Assembly (NCBI GenBank): GCA_010365115.1 | Contig: JAAFGX010000004.1 | Location: 14,027-78,026 of the forward strand | From: Paludibacter sp. | Lineage (GTDB): Bacteria; Bacteroidota; Bacteroidia; Bacteroidales; Paludibacteraceae | Direction of reading: 5' to 3' | Length of the DNA: 64,000 nucleotides | Shown: positions 41,471 to 52,342 of the stretch, in pieces | How positions within the stretch are numbered: the first letter of the stretch is position 1 | Layout: each line of letters opens with the position of its first letter | Notes under the pieces: model-generated | What the model saw: only the letters and a program-made list of their open reading frames with translations | Told to the model about the DNA's origin: nothing | The model's database searches: none | Program-made: the position numbers and the translations under genes

Positions 41471-43924
41471 TTATTCTATCTTAAATTTGGTTGCATTAAC
41501 ACGCTCATTTTCATAAACTTTCAATAAATAGATTCCTGATTTTAAATTTTTCAATGAGATAGGAACTATTCCACCCTGATAAATGCCGTGTTGAATAGTT
41601 GCCAATAATTGACCCGATAAATTGTAAATTTCGGTTCGCAATTTCTGTGAAATATTTTCTTTCAGTTGTAAATAAATAGTTTGATTTGTTGTAGGATTCG
41701 GATAAATTCTGAAATAATTGGTTGTAATAGAAGCTATTCCGCTAACCACATAGTCCTTGTACACAAGAAGTATATCTTTTACAGCCATTGTATATGCCTT
41801 ACCAACAGTCATTTCAGAAGCGCCTAGGAAGAAGTTGACATTATCGAACCAAATAGGATAGATTGCTCTATCGCTTGCATTAAAAAGCTGATTTACAGGA
41901 ATATCCAATGTGAAGTCTTTGTTTTGTTCAAAGCTGTTGAATTCAATAGAAGTAGTGTTTGTAGCTTCATTTGATCTGAGTGAAAAAATAGCCCTTGTGA
42001 TGACCATATCTCCGATATTTAATACAAATTTTATGGTGTCCGGTAACCCGTAAAAAGCAGATTGATTCGTAAGTTTTATAAAAGGAGAACGTCCTGCTGC
42101 ATGTACAAAATTAATTCCTGCACCATGTTCCCAACTTTTTGGTAAGTTCTCCTGATTCAGTTGTGCATTCAGAAACGAAGATGCATTGAGTGTCCAGCGG
42201 ATAATTTTCAAGCTATCGCCAATTATGGTTGATGCCGCAGGAATCTCAACATTTATTTGGATTTCATCAATTGCATCATTGATTTGTCCGGTTACGGTTG
42301 TTTTTCCGTTTTTCAACGCTTTTACAACGCCACCTTCAATTTGGCAGATATCTGTATTAGTCACATTCCAGCTTAAAGCGGCAGATGATATAAGGGATTC
42401 TCCAGCTTCAGTTTTAGCGACTACTTCTATCAGATAATCTCTTCGATTGTCAAGAATCACTGAGTCCAAACGAATTTTTATTTCGGAAACAGGAATAAAA
42501 TTCACTGGAATAGTGGTAGTTACAGTTCCGTTGTAAGTCGCTGTGATATTACCTGCTGTATTTCCTGTGGCAATAAATTTATTGCCAATTATCGTTCCCA
42601 ACGAAGCAGGACAAGAAAGAACAACGCCTTTCAAATCAGGAGTTAGTAGAATTCCATATTGATTGTACCCATAAAACATTGGGATATGTTCACCATACTC
42701 AGGAAGTGAAATATTTGATTTGTAGGGTTTTATAATACCAACAGTATTGTCGGTAGGAGCAGTAGATACAATAAAAACACTATTTGCAGTTGCACGCTCA
42801 TTACCGTCACTATTTTTGTTGACAGGTCCGTCGTACTCAGATATAAACATGGAACTTGAACCTCCACCATCCATATTAAATGCGGTGTAAGCTCCACCAC
42901 TTTTCATTATTATTGCCAATTCTTTGGTGGTAGCTCCTATTGAAACTCCCCTTCCATCTACTACGCAGAAAATCATTGAGTCCTTATTTTGACTATATCC
43001 GAGACCGGTACGTGGATGACGTTCTGCCCACACACTTGTTTGTTCCACTACTCCGTTTTGAAGCATCGTTTTATAATTGTCGCCCCCTGACATTTGTAAG
43101 AAATTAGAAGCACTGTTATTATTGACAATTAAGTTCAACCTAACGTCAATTTCATCGTTAACAGATAATTGGTTTAATGCTGTAGCAGCAGTTCCATTTC
43201 CCGATAACACTGCTTTCCCTTTTGGAATAGCCATATTACCAATTTCTTTTTCTATTTTCAGGACTTTGGCTTTGAGGGTTTTATTGCTACCCCAAGTGTT
43301 TCCTTCTAATAATTCGACCAACACCTCAGTACCATAGGTATTGGTGTGTGTGTATTTTCCATTGTTCTGATTGAATAATATCAACTGATTTGTTTCACGC
43401 AGGTGATTAATCGAATTGATAGTCCATGTTGAAGATCCGAACTTGATGTTTCCGTTGTATGACGTTACGCCAATGTTGGGTATTTTCAGATCATCAATAG
43501 TAAACACATTGCGTGAACCTGGTATTTTGGCTATTTCACCGTTTACCATATTTCCACTCCCAGGATAGGCAATATAATTGCCCGTAGTGCTGTAAAAATC
43601 ACCATTTGTTCCAGCAAAATAAAAATTACCTTCGGTGGAGATACGTTTAGCAAGTACCGTTGGAGCCTCACCAGTGTAAATAGAATCACGTCCCAATGCT
43701 GTACGTATTTGAATGTGTGGATTTTTAATATCAGCTTTTAGAAAAAAAACATCCATACGCTTGCTGGGTGCTGTTAGACGTAAGGATACATACTGTGTTC
43801 CGGGACCAACCAGGTGATTCTCTAAGGTATCAATTGTAAAGTTAGTTCCGTCTACTGATAGGGTTTGAGCTTGCACGAAAAGGACGGCACTCAAAAAAAT
43901 GATAAAGGAATATATTTTATTCAT
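41471..43924 (-). CDS. Phosphodiester glycosidase (NAGPA/DUF2233) with Big_2 and T9SS C-terminal domain
   Basis: GTNGDFY, RHPRTGLG, VVDGR, NMDGGGSS; IYPNPT...GIYLLKV tail. Start at MNKIYS (43924). Confidence 0.85.
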   Translation of the reverse strand: MNKIYSFIIFLSAVLFVQAQTLSVDGTNFTIDTLENHLVGPGTQYVSLRLTAPSKRMDVFFLKADIKNPHIQIRTALGRDSIYTGEAPTVLAKRISTEGNFYFAGTNGDFYSTTGNYIAYPGSGNMVNGEIAKIPGSRNVFTIDDLKIPNIGVTSYNGNIKFGSSTWTINSINHLRETNQLILFNQNNGKYTHTNTYGTEVLVELLEGNTWGSNKTLKAKVLKIEKEIGNMAIPKGKAVLSGNGTAATALNQLSVNDEIDVRLNLIVNNNSASNFLQMSGGDNYKTMLQNGVVEQTSVWAERHPRTGLGYSQNKDSMIFCVVDGRGVSIGATTKELAIIMKSGGAYTAFNMDGGGSSSMFISEYDGPVNKNSDGNERATANSVFIVSTAPTDNTVGIIKPYKSNISLPEYGEHIPMFYGYNQYGILLTPDLKGVVLSCPASLGTIIGNKFIATGNTAGNITATYNGTVTTTIPVNFIPVSEIKIRLDSVILDNRRDYLIEVVAKTEAGESLISSAALSWNVTNTDICQIEGGVVKALKNGKTTVTGQINDAIDEIQINVEIPAASTIIGDSLKIIRWTLNASSFLNAQLNQENLPKSWEHGAGINFVHAAGRSPFIKLTNQSAFYGLPDTIKFVLNIGDMVITRAIFSLRSNEATNTTSIEFNSFEQNKDFTLDIPVNQLFNASDRAIYPIWFDNVNFFLGASEMTVGKAYTMAVKDILLVYKDYVVSGIASITTNYFRIYPNPTTNQTIYLQLKENISQKLRTEIYNLSGQLLATIQHGIYQGGIVPISLKNLKSGIYLLKVYENERVNATKFKIE

Positions 43925-44043
43925 AATTAAATAGTTTTTGAGTTGTATTTCTGACATTTCATCTTTGGAGGGAGTAGTTGCGAGACCAGTTTTGTATTGT
44001 CATTCCAAGATTTCTTACTTCTAAGTAAATTGGTAGATTAAAC

Positions 44044-44077
44044 AAAAAAAGGTGGTGGGAATGCCACCACCTTTTTT
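44044..44077. terminator. Intrinsic terminator downstream of the 44100-46649 gene
   Basis: AAAAAAAGGTGGTGG-GAATG-CCACCACCTTTTTT. Confidence 0.85.
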
Positions 44078-44099
44078 ATTAAGCATAATTGTGAATTAT

Positions 44100-46649
44100 T
44101 TATTTAACAATTACTTTATGTATTGCTGTTTCGCCATCAAATGTAGTGGCTTTTACCACGAATACACCATTACTATGAAGGTTTAACGAAGACACATTTT
44201 TTGCTTTTGCTACCAATTGACCTGCAATTGAATATACAGCAACACTTGCTACTTCTTTGCTCAATGTCAATGTTCTATTATTCACAAAAACAGTAACTGC
44301 ATTGTTGTTTATAGTTTTCAAACTGTTTGCAGCATTGTTTTTAAATTCATAAACTCCATAACCATTTTCGCCGGTGTATAAATACAAGGTGGCAGTCTTG
44401 GTTGTCTCGTTAACCTCTATCGAAGGAACAGCAGTACGATAAGCATTACTTGCAGCTCCCATGCCTGCTTCAGGAAGTGTCCACAATGATTTTACAGCAG
44501 CAAATTCCTTGTTTGCGTTCGCCCATTTGAATAAACGGAAAGCAGAAGGAGGAACTCCAACGGTATTGGTGGAAGCCATCAAGAAGAAATATTCACCTCC
44601 TAATTCGAATTCAATCAGACCATTATGACCTGCTTTACTACCAAGTCCCACTGACCAATCTTCTACTGCCTTAGGTACATTGTAAAATCCATCTACAACT
44701 GTTCCTGACATGTCAATTAAGGTAGGAAGCGTAGCATTTCCATCCAAGTAGAAATAGTTTTCGTCCAATGGGAATATCTGTGGAGCTGTTCCAGGGGTAG
44801 TTAAACCAGTAAGGAATGTTCCTGGTAGACTAGTATCAATGAGAATTTGTTCAGCTTTTCCAGCAACTCCATTAGTAATTGTCCATTTATAAGCTTCCAT
44901 AGCCGACGCATTGGCAGTCATAATAATGGCATTACCGTTCACATCACCATACACTCCGAATGCATCGAAACGAATAGTAGCTAAAGCAAAGTCAGGATTA
45001 TCCTTTAAAATTTCATCAATAATCATAGTTCCATTACCCGTAGCTAAGTCAATTATCCACACTTGGAAAGGCTGAAGGTTAGAAACAATACCGTTACCCA
45101 ATAGAATATGGCCGGCTGCATCTTGTTTGATATCATTGAAAGGAAGCGTTCCAGCCACATAACTACTGTCAGCAGTATTGGCTTGGTTTCTTATTGTGTG
45201 CATGAAGATATTGCTTGCCAATTTAATCGGAGCTAATTTCTTACCGTTTGCACCGTCTATCACAGTTAATTGTTTAAGTTCTCTATCTATAAAATACATT
45301 TTGCCATCTTTTGCAGACATGCCACGAACATAGCCGTTAGTTCCAATAGGATTAGCAGATAAATTATCCATCTTATTAGATACAAGCCACTTATTTGTCA
45401 ATGTATACTTTCCATCTTCAAGTGAAGGATAGACAGTTGTTTCAGGTCTTGGTACTGGAGCAGCTGTAACTTTACTTGCTTCTCCTACTAATACAACTTG
45501 AGTATCATAACTTACGATAGCTTTCAAATTTATTTTCGTGTTTACCGGAAGTTGTACCTGATTTAGGTTAGCCATAAGTGTAATGTCATGTAGGTCATCT
45601 GTTAATACAACGCTGCCACTTCCATACGATTTAATTGTTAAACCTTCTAAGTAAACATACTCAAACATATAGGCAGCGGGATCTGCAGTCAATGTTGGTA
45701 TTATAACAGTTTGAATAGCTGGAAGAGTTGCTGTTTCTTTTGACAAGGATGTAGCACCTGTAATTTTTATGTAGGTACTCAAGGCAGCAGTTGTTCCTGA
45801 AAGGGTGATTTTGTTTCCTACTACAACATCGGGAGCAGCTGTAAATTCTACTTTCAATCCACCCGATGCATCTTGCAAATAAACAGTTGTTCCGTCAATA
45901 AAAGTAACGATACCACCTGCTTTAGTTGCTTTTCCGGCACCTAAAGCCACTACTTCCTTACAAGTGGGAATGTATTCAACCCATTTGGCATATAATGCTT
46001 TGTTTCCTTCTGCTCCGACAGCAATGGAAGTAATTTTTGTACCGGTAAATCCAGCATTGTCATACCAACCATCAAAAGTAAAACCTTCCTTGTAAGGATT
46101 AGGGATAACTACTTCGGTTGTTCCGTCATAAGTTGCTGGTCCCGCAAAAGCATGTTTCCATGCAGGAATAAATGCCTCGGGTTGTCCAAGAACAGAATAG
46201 TCAGGTGATGCTGGCCATCCGGTACGTACACTGCTAAAGAAGAAAGCCGAAAGGTTATAGCGTAAAGTAGCTCCGCCTGCTGAAGCCAAGGCTTTCCCTT
46301 GTGCCACATCAGCAGCAACCATATAATCTACTAACCACTGCCACTCTGCTTTTACAGCTGGATCTTCAATAAAAGGCTTGTCAATAGTAGCCGCTTGAGT
46401 CGGTATTCCTAGAGGCACAGCATTAACTGCTCCATTAGCTGCAATAAGTACATCTAAAGCCGTCCAAGTAGTAGTGGCAGGTTTAAATGTATTCCACGCT
46501 GCATTTAATCCCATGTACATGTCATTTTTGTTTTGCCAACCATGGCTGTTTGTAACACCACCGTTCAATTCGTAGGTGATGTTTCCCCCTGCTGCATAAG
46601 ACATGAATGCCATGCTGCAAGCTGCGAATAATAATGTAAGATTTTTCAT
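44100..46649 (-). CDS. Secreted multidomain protein: InlB B-repeat, OB-fold-like modules, beta-rich domain, T9SS-type tail
   Basis: ITYELNGG...PYKEGFTFDGWY...LYAKW; GIVT...VYLQDASGG..VGNKITLSG; C-terminal VYSIAGQLV...GVFVVK...KVIVK. Confidence 0.65.
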   Translation of the reverse strand: MKNLTLLFAACSMAFMSYAAGGNITYELNGGVTNSHGWQNKNDMYMGLNAAWNTFKPATTTWTALDVLIAANGAVNAVPLGIPTQAATIDKPFIEDPAVKAEWQWLVDYMVAADVAQGKALASAGGATLRYNLSAFFFSSVRTGWPASPDYSVLGQPEAFIPAWKHAFAGPATYDGTTEVVIPNPYKEGFTFDGWYDNAGFTGTKITSIAVGAEGNKALYAKWVEYIPTCKEVVALGAGKATKAGGIVTFIDGTTVYLQDASGGLKVEFTAAPDVVVGNKITLSGTTAALSTYIKITGATSLSKETATLPAIQTVIIPTLTADPAAYMFEYVYLEGLTIKSYGSGSVVLTDDLHDITLMANLNQVQLPVNTKINLKAIVSYDTQVVLVGEASKVTAAPVPRPETTVYPSLEDGKYTLTNKWLVSNKMDNLSANPIGTNGYVRGMSAKDGKMYFIDRELKQLTVIDGANGKKLAPIKLASNIFMHTIRNQANTADSSYVAGTLPFNDIKQDAAGHILLGNGIVSNLQPFQVWIIDLATGNGTMIIDEILKDNPDFALATIRFDAFGVYGDVNGNAIIMTANASAMEAYKWTITNGVAGKAEQILIDTSLPGTFLTGLTTPGTAPQIFPLDENYFYLDGNATLPTLIDMSGTVVDGFYNVPKAVEDWSVGLGSKAGHNGLIEFELGGEYFFLMASTNTVGVPPSAFRLFKWANANKEFAAVKSLWTLPEAGMGAASNAYRTAVPSIEVNETTKTATLYLYTGENGYGVYEFKNNAANSLKTINNNAVTVFVNNRTLTLSKEVASVAVYSIAGQLVAKAKNVSSLNLHSNGVFVVKATTFDGETAIHKVIVK

Positions 46650-46776
46650 AAAATAATGAATTTTTAATTAATAATTGAGAATTGTATAATTTTTTCCTTT
46701 TAAAATTAAATAAGTGATATTATTTATTGTTTATTCTTTTAGCATTAGTTTTCACTAAATATGCAGATTACGTCTT

Positions 46777-46801
46777 AAAGTCCCTTTAGCGGATTTAGGG
46801 G
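46777..46801. repeat. CCCCTAAATCCCC-type palindromic repeat copy
   Basis: AAAGTCCCTTTAGCGGATTTAGGGG; a small palindrome CCGATACCTATCGG lies nearby at 46861-46874. Confidence 0.6.
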
Positions 46802-46912
46802 TCTGCTTGTAAGTGTTTGAAAATATTTATTGATATATTATTTCAAAATAACTTTCAGTGCCGATACCTATCGGTATAGCCTTGTTACTTGTAACTAAAT
46901 TCTTGTAACTAT

Positions 46913-49534
46913 TTATCTTTTTACTTTTATCGTTTTTTCATTGTTGCCCACTTTTATTCTAATCAAGTACAAACCTTGTTGATAATTTATCATGTTTGGT
47001 GAAAGTATATTTTTTCCAGCATCTAAACTATACGTTTTTGTGCTTACCAATAAACCTGTAGCCGAGTAAATATACACTGTGGCAATATTAGTAGTGGCAT
47101 CGTTAATTACAATATGATTTTTACCATCTACATCGTAATAATTATAACAAAAAGCTGATGCATTAAGTTCCTCAATTGCAGTAAACCCGGTCAAATTTAC
47201 GGTAACTACATTCGATGGTTCGGTAAGTCCTACGCTGTTAAGTGCTTTTACTTGAAGATAATATGTACCTGCATCTAAATTATTGTAAACGGCACTATAA
47301 GTGAAAGCATCTACAAGTTTCCGTGTTGTTTTTCTTGTTGGGAAGATAGCATCTTGCGACAATTCAGCTTGGAAGCCTTTTGAATTTTGTATTTGCCAAC
47401 TTATTTCTATTTCATTACCATCAATGTTAGCTCCATTCGCAGGAGAAATGAGTATTGGTGTTGGTACAGGCAGTTCTACGGTAATAAAGTAAATTCGTTC
47501 CGAAATAGCCTGAATACCCACTAAATTAGCTTTAACTCTAGCATAGTAAATGGTCGAAGATACAAGTACGCCACTTGGTACATTAGTAGTAACATTTTGC
47601 GTATTTGTAGTATATGCCAATACTGAAAAATCAGGTTTATCAGATAGTTCAAGTGTGTAGTTTGCTCCTATGCCAATGTTTGTCCACGTAAATGTTGGGG
47701 TCATAGACACATTCGTAGTAGCATCGATAGGCAAAGTCATTTTAAATTTCGTTCCACTGAAACTGCGAACTTCAGAAACCGCAACTGGAGCGTTTGCTTT
47801 CAATGATTTTACTCGCCAATAATAAGTGGTATTTTCCTTCATATTGCTTTGAAGTCCTGAATTAAACTCAGGAATTGATGTTTCGCGTGAAGCAATCGGT
47901 AGTGAGAAATCGGCATTATTCGATAATTCCCATACATAATAAGAGGCACCGACCGAATGTTGCCACGTAAACAATGTTGGTAATACAATGCCATCCGCTT
48001 GATTTGCTGGATAAGTGAGCGTTGGTGCTGCAAGAGTTGACACAGATTCACCCAAGACACGTGGCGAAAATTCATTTCCATAACGATCGTACACTGCTAC
48101 GGCCATTTTGTGGGTTGAAGGATTGTAAGTTGCTGGAAGTGTGTATTCTTTTGTGTATGAGATGCCTAACAAATATTTGGCACTTGTGAAAGCATCTGCA
48201 TCGTTGCGATTAGCATTTGGCACTGCATAAATACTATATCGAACTATATTGTTAGCATAATTCCAAGTTAGCTTTTGTCCTGACAAGGCTAGATTGTCTA
48301 CTAAATTCTGCATAGGCGACAATTTCCATCCATAGGCTGCACGTAAAGCAGGAGATGTATTCACGCTGTTTTTCATCGCCGTCATAGTTGCTGTCGATAA
48401 AGTGTTTGTTCGGAAATAAACACTTCCTGTCGTCCCGTTTAAATCAGCATCGCGGTTGATGTTCACCTGATTGGTCAATTCAGTAGCAGAGAAACTGCTG
48501 GTATTACTAGAATAATAATGTCGCCCAAAATGATTGGCAACTTTAGACCACCAAGGACTGAGCTTGGAGAAATCATTTGTTGAACCAATAGTCCAATATA
48601 CTTGTGGTGAAATGTAATCAATCGAGCCCTCTTTAAGCCATGCCAAGGGGTCGCTTGAAATGCCACTGTATTGCCAATCGCTCCCCACAGGTGCAGGAGC
48701 CACACCATATTTAGCAGCAACAGCTGCACTTGAAGCTGCAACGCCTGCAGGACTTATACCGAAAGTTACGTAGGGCTTGATGCTATTGATCTTTTGCTGT
48801 ACGTCTTTTACCATTTTATTTACATTTTCACGACGCCAATCATCGCGGGGCAAACTATTTGGATTATATGCTTGATATTGTGCATTATCCATAGCTTCAG
48901 TTGTGCCGTTAACGTAAAAATAATCATCAAATACAATGCCATCCACATCGTAATTAGTAACGATATCACCAACTATATTACTTATTTGTTGGCGTACTTC
49001 AGGCATACCCGGATTCAGGATTTTGGTATAATTTCCGTAATCGAGCAACCAATCGGGATGAGCAACAGCATAATCAGTCGGTAAATTACCATGTGATCCC
49101 TCAGCTGATGAATATCGATATGGATTTACCCATGCATGTACTTCAATACCACGTGCATGAGCTTCCTCAATGATATATGCCAATGGATCCCAACCGGGAT
49201 CAGCACCGCGTGATGAAGAAAGATCTTGACTCCAAGGCTCGTACTGGGAATGATAAAAAGCATCACTCATTCCTCGTACTTGAAAAAATACAGTATTAAA
49301 ATTAGCAGATTGTAGTTTGTTGAGAATAATAATTAAACCTGATTTCTGCACATTACGAGCAGTTTCTCGAGATGCCTCATTGGTTCCTGTAGCTGCAGGT
49401 ACAGTAGTTGATGGCCAATCTAATCGCCAAACCGTTGTCAGCCATGTGGCACGAACTTCACGCTTGGGTGATTGTGCCATAAGATACACACCACACATCA
49501 TCAACAGAACTACTATTTGAAATACACGCTTCAT
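46913..49534 (-). CDS. GHL10 (DUF187, YddW/DigH-like) glycoside hydrolase with fn3-like repeats and T9SS tail
   Basis: EVRATWL...DWP, FFQVR, WDPL..IIEEAHARGIEVHAWVNPY, DGIVFDDYFY, IDYISPQVYW; PTLTYP/YYWRVK repeats; GLYLIRI tail. Confidence 0.88.
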   Translation of the reverse strand: MKRVFQIVVLLMMCGVYLMAQSPKREVRATWLTTVWRLDWPSTTVPAATGTNEASRETARNVQKSGLIIILNKLQSANFNTVFFQVRGMSDAFYHSQYEPWSQDLSSSRGADPGWDPLAYIIEEAHARGIEVHAWVNPYRYSSAEGSHGNLPTDYAVAHPDWLLDYGNYTKILNPGMPEVRQQISNIVGDIVTNYDVDGIVFDDYFYVNGTTEAMDNAQYQAYNPNSLPRDDWRRENVNKMVKDVQQKINSIKPYVTFGISPAGVAASSAAVAAKYGVAPAPVGSDWQYSGISSDPLAWLKEGSIDYISPQVYWTIGSTNDFSKLSPWWSKVANHFGRHYYSSNTSSFSATELTNQVNINRDADLNGTTGSVYFRTNTLSTATMTAMKNSVNTSPALRAAYGWKLSPMQNLVDNLALSGQKLTWNYANNIVRYSIYAVPNANRNDADAFTSAKYLLGISYTKEYTLPATYNPSTHKMAVAVYDRYGNEFSPRVLGESVSTLAAPTLTYPANQADGIVLPTLFTWQHSVGASYYVWELSNNADFSLPIASRETSIPEFNSGLQSNMKENTTYYWRVKSLKANAPVAVSEVRSFSGTKFKMTLPIDATTNVSMTPTFTWTNIGIGANYTLELSDKPDFSVLAYTTNTQNVTTNVPSGVLVSSTIYYARVKANLVGIQAISERIYFITVELPVPTPILISPANGANIDGNEIEISWQIQNSKGFQAELSQDAIFPTRKTTRKLVDAFTYSAVYNNLDAGTYYLQVKALNSVGLTEPSNVVTVNLTGFTAIEELNASAFCYNYYDVDGKNHIVINDATTNIATVYIYSATGLLVSTKTYSLDAGKNILSPNMINYQQGLYLIRIKVGNNEKTIKVKR

Positions 49535-49598
49535 TAATACTTAAAGTTAAAGGAAATGAGAATAAAATAATTTCGCTATTTTTTTGTACTTATTATTT

Positions 49599-51305
49599 TT
49601 AAAAGAGCTTTGATTTACTATTGTTAACAGCAACACCATAAACTTCGATGCCTTCAATGACATGTTCAATAAATCCTGTTGCAGGGTTATAACGCATTAA
49701 TCCAGATTTTACTTCATCGGGATAGGCAGAGCGCAAACCAAAATAAACGCATCCGGTTGCTTCATCTAGCGTCAATTGGCAGATGCCAATAAATTCACCA
49801 CTTGACCCTTCGCCTTTGCCTGGCTCAGTAATTGGTGTAACGCTTTTCCCCTTGGATGTTTTTAGTAAATAATCTTTCAAATTGCTTTTTGAGCCACCAA
49901 TGGCGTTCAATTGTTCCAATGTACAGCGGTAAACACCAGCATAACCTTCGTCATAGATACTAAAATAAATGACTTTATTTTTATTGTCCCAAACCAATGA
50001 TTTAGGACTCATGCCCGACAATGCTACGCCAGCAGCTGGAGCCGGTAGTCCACCTGTTGTTGGTGTTTTCAAAATATCAGCTTCTGTAAAACGGAATAAT
50101 CCAGTTCCGTTATAGGTTTTACACCAGTACCAGGTTTCGGCTATTTTAGTAAAACTGGCATTCAATGAGCCATAAGCCCAACCGTTGGCATAATATCCTA
50201 AAGTAGCGTTCTGTACGTAATATGGATAATCTGTGAGCGAATAAATTTTGTTGCGATCGGCAAGTGCTATTTTACTAATACCAGTGTTTCTATTAGAAAA
50301 GTACAAGAATGAACCATCAATATGTCCGTAAAAAGGGTCGTTAAATGCAGCACCAGTGTTTGTGATCATAGTTTCTACTTTTGATGCATCTTTTGCCATC
50401 ACAGTAATTCGTCCATCACCCATAACACCATCTGCATCATTCACGTAAGTAAATTGCTGTCCGCAATCTAAGATATAAAGCGAAGGATCTTTAAATACAA
50501 TATTCAACGGATGTTTTCCAGAGGAAATTCCCATGTCAAATGGATAAATCTTCATGCCAGCAGGAGCATTTCCGGCTAATTTCAATGCCATAATATTACC
50601 TCCTTTTAATGCATAATATAAAGTTGGTACTTCTTGATTGTAAGCTACTTGCACATTAACTTTACCTTCTTCTAATGGTCGTCCATTTAATTTCACTTGT
50701 AAACGAACTGTTTGTGATCCCACATTACTGAATTTCAATTTGCCTGGATTACGTATGGTTGAAGTACTAATAGGATTGCCACTTTCATCTCTTGTTCCTT
50801 GAGGAAAAACCCATAAAAATTCCTCGGGTAAATTCTCTGGATTGGGCAATTCTATCGAAATACCCACTGCTGTACTTAGCACTTCGAAAACACCACCTTC
50901 AATAGCATCTACCGACATGATTGGCACAATATCTTTAACAAGAATCGGTTGACTGTTATGTTGAAGTCCTCCAACAGTCAGTTTTACTGAGAAAGTGCCA
51001 GCAACGGCATATTTATGTTGTACAACTTTACCTGTAATAGCTTGACTGCCATCGCCAAAATCCCATGTACATTCCCCTTCTAAACTCGAAATGCTTGTAA
51101 ACTCGACATTAGCACCCACATAATAATCTAACTGATAGGTATTATCAGTAACTTCGTAGGTAAATGCTACGGCAGCAGATGGTAAAGTTTCCACTTCAGG
51201 TTCATTATCTATACACCCGAAAGCAATGGATCCAATAAGGAAAATAAAAAAATACTGTATGATTGGTGTCCTAGTTTTCATATTCTTTAGTTTTACTACT
51301 TTCAT
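49599..51305 (-). CDS. PKD-domain surface lipoprotein
   Basis: Lipobox AFGC; PKD motif WDFGDG...HKYAVAGTFSVKLTV; downstream of SusD. Confidence 0.75.
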   Translation of the reverse strand: MKVVKLKNMKTRTPIIQYFFIFLIGSIAFGCIDNEPEVETLPSAAVAFTYEVTDNTYQLDYYVGANVEFTSISSLEGECTWDFGDGSQAITGKVVQHKYAVAGTFSVKLTVGGLQHNSQPILVKDIVPIMSVDAIEGGVFEVLSTAVGISIELPNPENLPEEFLWVFPQGTRDESGNPISTSTIRNPGKLKFSNVGSQTVRLQVKLNGRPLEEGKVNVQVAYNQEVPTLYYALKGGNIMALKLAGNAPAGMKIYPFDMGISSGKHPLNIVFKDPSLYILDCGQQFTYVNDADGVMGDGRITVMAKDASKVETMITNTGAAFNDPFYGHIDGSFLYFSNRNTGISKIALADRNKIYSLTDYPYYVQNATLGYYANGWAYGSLNASFTKIAETWYWCKTYNGTGLFRFTEADILKTPTTGGLPAPAAGVALSGMSPKSLVWDNKNKVIYFSIYDEGYAGVYRCTLEQLNAIGGSKSNLKDYLLKTSKGKSVTPITEPGKGEGSSGEFIGICQLTLDEATGCVYFGLRSAYPDEVKSGLMRYNPATGFIEHVIEGIEVYGVAVNNSKSKLF

Positions 51306-51358
51306 GCTCTTATGCTTAAACTTTATTATTTAGTAAATTATAGATAGCACATCCTAAA

Positions 51359-52270
51359 TTAATTGATGTCTATTTGTTTAGCGACTGTTGTACCATAGGT
51401 CCCCTTTGCATCATATACACGCATGATGGCCTTTAAGGAATAACTACGTTTATATTCCACATTGTAGCCCGATGCTCCTTGTATAAGTTGGTCGAAATTG
51501 AGATTGTCGTATAAACTCTTAATTTTTCCAGGAATTGGCATTTGTCCTTCGGCATTTTTTGGAAAATGATATACAAAGCCATTTGAATTGGCATCGAAAG
51601 TTGAATCGGTATAATTTTTGAAACTGTCATAGATGTCTGGATTTGTACTCAATTTTCCAAAATCAATAGCCAATCCTAAATACATTTTTTTAAAGTCGGC
51701 AAATTTCATCATGTTATACAAACTGTCTTTGAAATGTTCCATAAAGCCGGCTCCAAAGTAAGTTACCATCTTTGTATAATCAAAATTTTCAGGCTTTACC
51801 CACGAGAAAGTACTGAGTGTACTACTTACAGGGAAGTCACTCTCCATTGTAAAGGCGTGAAGTGAATCAGACCAAACTGCCAATGAGTGTGTATATTCCT
51901 TTATTTTTTGATTAATTCGTTTTTCATCAGACATTGTCGAATTATACGAATAAGTAAATGTTACCCAAGGGCAAGTAACACTTTTTTCTATCTTTTCGGT
52001 CAGGTTATACCACACTTCTGAGTGTATAATCTCAGAATTAGTAGAATAATACTGCATCTTAAATGGTACATTTGCACCTGCACTCACAGTAGAACTTCCT
52101 ACTTCCCAATAAGCTTGTGGACCTACATTGCCTGTGATGACATTTTCATCAATAAAATCATGTTTTTCACACGAACTTAGTGTTACAAACATCAATCCGT
52201 ATAATAAGCCCATCCATACTTTTCCAAAATGGAAGCTTTTGAACTGAGAGTATTTTAATTTCTTTTTCAT
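51359..52270 (-). CDS. Hypothetical lipoprotein (SusE position)
   Basis: Lipobox LSSC followed by acidic residues; directly after susD. Confidence 0.65.
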   Translation of the reverse strand: MKKKLKYSQFKSFHFGKVWMGLLYGLMFVTLSSCEKHDFIDENVITGNVGPQAYWEVGSSTVSAGANVPFKMQYYSTNSEIIHSEVWYNLTEKIEKSVTCPWVTFTYSYNSTMSDEKRINQKIKEYTHSLAVWSDSLHAFTMESDFPVSSTLSTFSWVKPENFDYTKMVTYFGAGFMEHFKDSLYNMMKFADFKKMYLGLAIDFGKLSTNPDIYDSFKNYTDSTFDANSNGFVYHFPKNAEGQMPIPGKIKSLYDNLNFDQLIQGASGYNVEYKRSYSLKAIMRVYDAKGTYGTTVAKQIDIN

Positions 52271-52342
52271 TCTGTTTTATATCTAGTATTTTAAACAATT
52301 TTTGTTTGAACATCCCCCTCTACTGGTGGGGTTTTAGGAGGC

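Noticed and set aside
52209-52235. Possible degenerate palindromic repeat encoding SFHFGKVWMG in the lipoprotein leader
   Set aside because: Too degenerate and without a clear second copy in the window, so not counted among the junction repeats.
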